Below are positions 38,010 through 45,468 of a stretch of 45,468 nucleotides of DNA, piece by piece. The DNA is taken from NCBI RefSeq assembly GCF_006345805.1, contig NW_021834461.1, forward strand, positions 1-45,468. Reading direction: 5' to 3'. The notes beneath the pieces are model-generated. The model saw nothing but the letters and a program-made list of their open reading frames with translations, searched no databases and was not told the DNA's origin. Position numbers and translations under genes: made by a program. The DNA comes from Octopus sinensis (lineage: Eukaryota). Numbering within the stretch: the first letter of the stretch is position 1; the number at the start of each line of letters is the position of its first letter.

Positions 38010-38980
38010 AATATACCATACACACAGACATACACACATACACACTCACACAAACATACACACACACATACTTACACACACTCACCTGCACGCGCACACA
38101 CATGCATGACACAAACACCATACACTCACACTCACATACGCACACACCAACATAAAACACGCACACGCACACGCACACACACACTACACTCCCACACACA
38201 TACACACGCACCTACATACACACACGCACGCACTCACACACGCATACACACATACATTACACATGTACAACCCACACACCTACATACATACACACACACA
38301 CAAACATGCAGGACACACCCAGACACATACACACAATACACCTATATACACACGCCCACACACCTACCTACACACACATATACACACGCCCACACACTAC
38401 ATACACACACATACATACACAACATACACGGACACACCCATACATACTTACATACATACACCTATACACACACGCCCACACACCTACATACACACACATG
38501 CATACACACACACACACATGTACGCACACACACAACATACGCACATACATATATACCCACACACATGCACACACACACACACACACATACGCACATGCAT
38601 GAATGCACACGCGCCACACCTACACGCATACACACACACACCACGCACGTACCACATACATACACACACGCATACATACACCCATACACATACATGCATC
38701 CTACACACACATAACTACACACTCACACATACACACCACACCACACACTCACTCACACACCTGTATGTACGCGCACACACATGCACATACACACACTTCC
38801 CACACCCACACGTACATAACATACACTAACAACACTAACCACACAAACCACACACACGGACATACATCTATGCACACACATACATACACACATACTCACA
38901 TACATTCATCGGACACACTGCCACCCGGACATACACACAGACACACTCACACATCCACACACAATACATACTTACGCACA
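38010..38980. repeat. Degenerate (CA)-rich microsatellite
   Basis: Direct reading. Confidence 0.92.
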
Positions 38981-39718
38981 TACTCGCAGGCTCGCGCACG
39001 CACGCGCTTGCGCCGGTTCGCGTACGCCTACGCTCCGCAGGCACCTCGCTCTTGGAACCGACAAGACCTCCCGCCCGTTCCTGGGACCGTCGCGTGTCGT
39101 TGGTTTCCCACGCCCGCCTCCGCGGGACCACTCTTCCATCTTCCCCTCAGCTGGGAGTCCTTTTTCCTTAACCCCCCCCCCCTTTTTCGTTACACACACG
39201 CGCCACACATATACACACATTGCTTGCTTAAATATATACATTACTCTTACACCACATTCAATCTACTCGCCATTTATACCACCACGACACTGGACAACAC
39301 ACACACACTACTACTCAACAAACGCTGGCACGCTACATACGCCCCACCCCTTCCCCTCCCTCCCTTCCTCCTTCTTCTTTCTTACTACTGACCTTTGTCT
39401 GCTAAGCTGACCACTATCTCGCCCTACCTCACACGCCTACACACAGACGCACACACTACCACACAAATATAATTTTTTTTGTTTTTTCATCTCGCCTCAC
39501 ACACACACATACACACACGCACACGCACACACACTACACATACACACACAATCTGTTGTTACCAACCTTGTCTCCACTCTTTTGCCTTTAAAACCCACTT
39601 TGCTCTGTTTTCGTAACATCCGCCTTTCACCATGTGCAACTCGTAAACACCAGTCGTCTTTTTTCTCTTTCCCTGTTGCCCGCTCTGGGATCTTCTTTCC
39701 TCTCTCTTCCTTCTTTAT

Positions 39719-39753
39719 GTTTCCGACGAAGAGCTCCGCTCGAAACGTCATAC
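39719..39753 (+). ncRNA. Minimal HHR-like motif, CCGACGA core (second family copy)
   Basis: GUUU-CCGACGA-A-GAGC UCC GCUC-GAAA-CG-UC|AUAC; core identical to 37873, flanks diverged. Confidence 0.68.
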
Positions 39754-39839
39754 CTCCCTGCTTCCTTTCCTGAGCGCCTATTAATCATAATACTGTATGT
39801 AATTGTTCCATGGTTGTTGTTTTTGTTTCCCGTTTGATA

Positions 39840-39882
<43 letters not shown>

Positions 39883-39928
39883 GGAGTATACACATAAATG
39901 TGGAAAAAAAGGTACTCAAATACTAGCA

Positions 39929-39975
39929 AAAACTGTCCGATGAACGGCAACGGGAAACTCAGAGTAACACGTTTT
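39929..39975 (+). ncRNA. HHR-like motif, CCGAUGA core
   Basis: AAAACUGU-CCGAUGA-A CG GCAA CG G-GAAA-CUC A GAG-UA|ACA C GUUUU; GNRA-capped 2-bp stem II with an A-G closing mismatch. Confidence 0.6.
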
Positions 39976-40301
39976 GTTGAATTTTCTGCTGCTTTAAATA
40001 AAGTATATATATATATATATATAATCAAAATCAGCAACAAGGATATCCAGAGGTAATGCATTACCTTTGGATAGCCTTGTTGCTTATTTTGATTATAATC
40101 ACCCCATTTTGAATTATATGGATAATACCATACCAAATTCTGGTGCCTCAATTGAATCTAAATTTTATTAAATTTGCCACGTATCTCGAAGCGATCTTTC
40201 AGGCTTAGTTCATAAAGCTTGATGTATTCAAAGCCAGGATACCGGACTATTATGAGAAAGAATGACGGACCAAAAAAAAGGGAGAACGTGGAGAAAAATA
40301 G

Positions 40302-40655
40302 AACAAGATAAACGCAGTTGTTTATGAAACCAAATTTACTGCAGTGCTCCAAGACAACATAATTGAGATGAGAAATTACATCGATTTATACGAAGGCAAT
40401 TTTAAAGACCGTTAGACAAGCCACATTCTTTCAGGCACAATGAGAAAAATAAGGCCTCTAAGTTGGCCAGCTATGTATGGCATCTGAAAACCAAATACAA
40501 TCAAGTGTAGAATTGTTGAGAAATCTGCGCCGTGTATAAATGGCTAAAAAGATGCAAATTATGCTTTGCTGAAAAGATCACACATTCATTTTATGTCCAA
40601 GAATTTCCCCACACTATTTAATTCCAAATCCGAAATGTTTAGCAAATGTAAGTGT
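40302..40655 (+). mobile_element. Decayed Penelope-like GIY-YIG endonuclease
   Basis: Across frameshifts: AVVYETK..RNYIDLYEGNFKDR, HSFRHNEKNKASKLASYVWHLK, IVEKSAPCING.KRCKLCFAEK, LFNSKSEMFSKC. Confidence 0.7.
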
Positions 40656-40966
40656 CCATGGACAGATTTCTTTTGTCGAACTGGAGGCCACCACCCTTTC
40701 TGGATTGAGGAGCTATCTTACTGACTTTGGCCTCCTTTCTCAGCTACATTAATTATATATTTTTTTTATTTTCTTACTTTTTTCTTTTCCTGTCGTTCTA
40801 TTTTTTTCATAAATCTTCTTCGCGGTTTTTTCTTTTCGTTTTTTTTTTCTTTCTCAACTGAACTTGAAAGGTTGCTTGCAGATAGATGGCATGTTATATA
40901 AATTTGCCGTTTTAATATATCTTGAAGCTTGAAACTATTATTAGCTCTTTGTAATTGTGTATATTA

Positions 40967-41000
<34 letters not shown>

Positions 41001-42711
41001 TATATATGTATGTATGTAATCCAATGTAATCCAAGGAAAAGTTAAGGTCAATACTGCCTGGCCTCAGTACCGTCACAGAACGCAAAGAACTGTAACAGAA
41101 CGCAAGAACTGTAACATAAGGAATTCTGATGTTCTATCGATTTTATTAATTCTCCATCTTGGACTGACATTTCATTTGATTGGCACCGGAGGGATAAAAA
41201 GAGAAGTGGATACCTCGGTGTGGTATGAATTCAGAACGTAATGAGTCTGAACAAATAGCGCAAAGATTTTAGCCAGCGCTCCAATGACTCGTCCAACACG
41301 TCTCCTTAACTGTCAGGAATCGGATCTATCCGTTTAGATTTCGATGTCACATTATGCTTTGCTGAAAAGATCATACATTCATTTTATGTCCGAGAATTTC
41401 CCCACACTTCGTGTTTTTGACTTCATAAGGATACTATTCTAGAGAAACTTAAAATCGTTACATTAAGTCAGTGGTTGGTAAACTGCAACCCGCAGGACTT
41501 TCTGGATAGCATGCCTAACGAAAAAGTACCTTGATTTCTTTTTAATTGTGCGGTCCACCTGATAATGAGCCGTATCTCATGCGGCACGCTTCTCGATAAA
41601 GTTTGCACATATTTACATTAAGTGTAGAGTTGAATAGAGTCTCTAGAAGATATCCTAGAAGATTGTGGTGCAGAGTGAAAAACGTTTATTTCTTGGTCAG
41701 ACTTGTTCATTTTCACAAATGGTAAATCTGTTTCCATGGCAGAATTTTGTCTGAACATTGATTGTTTTGTTGGTTGGATCTTTGCCTTCTTCAGACACTC
41801 TTTAGACAACCGATTCCACGTTTCAAATGTTCAAAAAAAAAACTATTCTATGTTTTCTTCAAACCTTTCTTTTTATTCCTTAATCTTAGAATTTTGCAGT
41901 CTATTGGTTTTTGTTTTGTTGCTTCTAATTTTTCCATAAATCTCTGCTGCTTCGCTTTGTTAGATCAGAATGAATATAATATTTTTTTTCTTTTGATTAC
42001 CAACAAAATTGCAGAAAGTAACTAAGTTTGTACACGAAATAAATGGAAAAAAAAAAGGAATAAAACTTTGAAATTAATTGGTCAACTAATTAGTCCAGGC
42101 TACAGAATCATTAATTACAAATGTCGCTTTAGACAAACAGAAGGATCAACAAAACCAAGTTTATCCCCCCCCACACACACACACCGAAGAAAACTTCCCA
42201 ATTATTAATGACCCGAAATCGGTAATTCCTTTATCGCTGTATTGAACCCACCTACTCCAGCGTCTAGTTAAGAAATAGTCTGATCGACACAGGTGAAAGA
42301 TATGAAACAAATATGATTGATTTCAATGACTCTTATGACTCGTCACTGATAAGTTGTTGAGTGAAACCTCAAGTTTTTATATTGTTTGTTTTATCAAAGA
42401 AAAACTTGGCGGTTAAACATATTCTTTAATTCTTATCGAATTTCTTTCAAGCTTTTCATTTTTTTCTTTCTGGTTGCATGGAAACTAATTGTAGTAACTT
42501 GCAGGTGCGGGTTGCCATAATCAATCAGTAGATGCCCCCTACTCCAGGCAGTATCGATTTTACACTCTCGTTCTCCGGTTCACCCGCGGTTCTAGATTAT
42601 CGCACAAATCCAATCGCTAAGTAAGCAACTGAATACAAGTCGTAGGAAATATTGTTATCATCATCCTTATTATTGTTGTTGTTGTTATTGCTGGTTTTGT
42701 TATTATTATTA

Positions 42712-42904
42712 AGGCGGCGTTCTGGCAGAATCGTTAACACACCGGGCGAAATGCTACGTTCTGAGTTCAAATTCCGCCGAGGTCGACTTTGCCTTTCATC
42801 CTTCGGGGGTCAGTGAAATAACTACCACTTGTGTACTAGGGTCGGTGTGATCGACTAGCCCTATCCCCTCAAATTCCAAGCATTGTGCTTATAGTAGTAA
42901 GGGA

Positions 42905-42943
<39 letters not shown>

Positions 42944-43310
42944 GGCGATGAGCTGGCAGAATCGTTAGCACGCTGGACGAAATGCTTAGCGCTATTTCGC
43001 CTGTTGCTATGTTCTGAGTTCAGTTTCCGCCAAGGTTGACTTAGCCATTCATCCTTTCGGGGACGATAAACTAGGCTCCAGTTACGTACTGGGGTCAATG
43101 TAATCGACTGAGCCCTCCACCCAAATTTCAGGCCTTGTGCCTACAGTAGAGAAGATTATTATCATCATTATTCCGCCGAGGTCGACTTTGCCTTTCATCT
43201 TTTCGGGGTCGATTAAATAAGTACCAGTTGCGCACTGGGTCGATGTAATCGTCTTAATCGTCTTTTGCCCATTGTGGTAATCGTCTTTTAATCGTCTTTT
43301 ACCCATTGTG
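42712..43310 (+). mobile_element. Cluster of about 3 tRNA-derived SINE copies or fragments separated by (ATT)n
   Basis: Repeated ggcagaatcgtta.cac / gagttcaaattccgccgaggtcgactttgcctttcatc, shared with 822-1039. Confidence 0.8.
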
Positions 43311-43354
43311 GTAAAAGTTTGAAATCATCATCATTATTATTATTATTATTATTA

Positions 43355-43386
<32 letters not shown>

Positions 43387-43587
43387 TATGTTTGACTTTT
43401 GCTCAAGAGACAACAGGGTTGGAAGTTCATGTTGTTGTTATGCCTAGTGTGCCATATATTTGGGGGGTGGGGATGTACTAATGAATGTCTAAAAAAAAAA
43501 AGGGGGGGGTTTCTTCTTTTTTGTTTCCTTTTTTCTTTCCCTTTAAACCGAAAATTATGTTTGTTTTAAACCTTGAGATTACATAGA

Positions 43588-43642
<55 letters not shown>

Positions 43643-43645
<3 letters not shown>

Positions 43646-45018
43646 GCTTATCTTTTGCTTTGTATTTGTACAAGTTGACTCCAAATCTCACCCAGGGACC
43701 TCAACAGAGAACAAGTTAGAAGTTCAAGTTGGCGTTATGCCTGGGGTGTCATATATTTGGTTTTGCACATAGTATTGTTCTTGACAATGTTTAAGAAAGC
43801 ATAAGAAAATTATAAGTTTGATTTAAAATTTGAGATTACATACAGTATTTTACGCAGGATATGGGCAGTTCCCATGAGCACTATCTTTTGAATTTCTGCG
43901 TTTTTGAGTGTCCTGGTATCTGAGCTAGGTAGGAATCAGCCCCTTTTGCTATCATTCCTAAGGCACCTATGACAATCGGTATTGTTTAAGTCTTCAGGTT
44001 CCACATTTCTATTTCAAGATCTTTATATTTGCTCAGTTTTTGGTAGGTCTTGACAGATACGTTTATATCAATTGGGACAGTCATATCAATGAGGAGGCAT
44101 GGTTTTTGTCTGAAGTCTTTCAATATGATGTTTGGCCTATTTGCATCTATCTTTCTGTCAGTTTGAATGGTGAAGTGTAGCTCCATCATGCCTGTTGGGA
44201 TACTCTGTAGGCGCAAGAAGACTGCACTTGGAGACAACATGATCAATGGTTTCATCTTGTTTACATACACGACATGTTGGGCAGCTGCCATTTTTTAATA
44301 TGTTGACCTGGTAGCACCTTGTAGGTAGACATTGATCTTGGGCTGCTATCATCAACCCTTTGGTTCTGATTCCAAGCCAGAAGCCACTAACCATTGATGG
44401 GTAAGGGCTTTGTCAACATCGGCATTATTAGCTCTCTTTGGGTATTTGCCATTGAGAGGGTTTTCTTACCATTTATCAGTAAGAAGATCTAAGGTAGCAG
44501 TTTTAGCACGGGTTTTCATACGCTTAGCTTTTTCTGTGCTTGTTTCCAATATGTCTATTTCTGAAGTTTGTTGTATTTGGAATTCATTTAGATATTCCTT
44601 TACCTGTTTTGTTACTGAATATGATTTCTTGTTTTCAAACAAGTTTTAACATCCGGTCATTAGCGTTTTTCATGTAGGTGTTTAGGCCAAATGTGGCAAT
44701 CATCATTATTAATTCCACGGCCACCCTCTTTTCTTGGCAAGTAGAGTCGTTCTATATCTGCCTTAAGGTGGAGCATTCTATGCATTGTCAACAGTTTTCG
44801 TATTTTTCTGTCAAGATTACATATTTCAGTAATTGACCACTTAATGATATTGAAACTGTAAGTCAAGACCGGTATGGCTAAAGTATTGATCGCTTCGATC
44901 CTGATTTTTGCATTCAACTCTGTCTTGAGTATTGCCCTTACCCTGCGATAACAACCTCTTCTGATACTTTCCCTCATCACTGAATGCTTGATTCCGTCCC
45001 CTTCAAATACCCCGTAGG
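43643..45018 (-). mobile_element. 5'-truncated R4/Dong-like non-LTR element (RT end + CCHC + restriction-like endonuclease) in (TAA)n
   Basis: LAIPVLTYSF, RLYLPRKEGGRG, IAAQDQCL, CRVCKQDETIDHVVSKC, NRPNIIL..LLIDMTVP..QKLSKYKDL; (ATT)n on both sides. Confidence 0.85.
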
Positions 45019-45468
45019 TATTATTATTATTATTATTTCTACTGTAGGCACAAGCCCATGAACATTTTGTGGGGAAGGGGAGCTAGTCGATTCTGCAGCT
45101 CGCCGCCTTAATAATGATAATAATAATTTCTATTATAAATACAAGCCCTGACTTTTTTTTTTGGGGGGGGGGTAGTCGATTACAGATCGTCGCCGACTTA
45201 CGACCGCAAATGGTTCCGACTGAATGGTCGTATGTCGGCCTACATACCTTTGTTTTATATTTTTACATTCTTAAAGTACATTCTCAGGTAAATGTCACAC
45301 ACAGCATTCTGTATCATAGTATTATAATGGCGTTAGTCAAAGATTTCGGAGTCTCAAGTAGTCGTCTTCTAAACAAATGAAGTCTTATAAACGAGGTTTC
45401 CTCGATTTCTCGCGACAGAATGGTCATCCAACACAGTGGTGATCGATAACCAAACTTAGGGGAAGCGT

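Noticed and set aside
34478-38829. Many ORFs of 200-450 aa (YVCM- or HTHI-rich)
   Set aside because: They are translations of stop-free (CA/CATA) microsatellite.
40158-40352. Minus-strand ORF with a good acceptor, as a possible terminal exon
   Set aside because: No recognisable protein, and it overlaps the PLE endonuclease remnant on the + strand.
42340-42380. CTGATAA...GAAAC HHR-like string
   Set aside because: Stems I and II cannot be paired convincingly; at best a decayed relic.

Overview
AT-rich, repeat-dense eukaryotic intronic DNA. The SINE, RTE and microsatellite content suggests an octopus or other cephalopod (inference). The only recognisable host gene is a + strand Golgi alpha-mannosidase II (GH38, MAN2A-like), seen as three short exons: 1621-1732, 8674-8862 and 13440-13622. 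I found no exon for the segment between the first two, which normally carries the GDDFR acid/base motif, and the first exon has changes at conserved residues. The rest is a TE mosaic: RTE and CR1 LINEs, tRNA-derived SINEs, mariner and maT remnants, a Helitron 3' half, a solo LTR, an R4/Dong-like element in (TAA)n, Penelope-like (PLE) GIY-YIG remnants and several kb of (TA)n/(CA/CATA)n. The most striking hidden signal is about 10 type I hammerhead ribozyme (HHR) motifs from several unrelated short elements. Many sit in foldback or tandem arrangements next to (TA)n, and several share a non-canonical CCGANGA core. All folds were read by eye, not computed. The long YVCM/HTHI ORFs are microsatellite artefacts.
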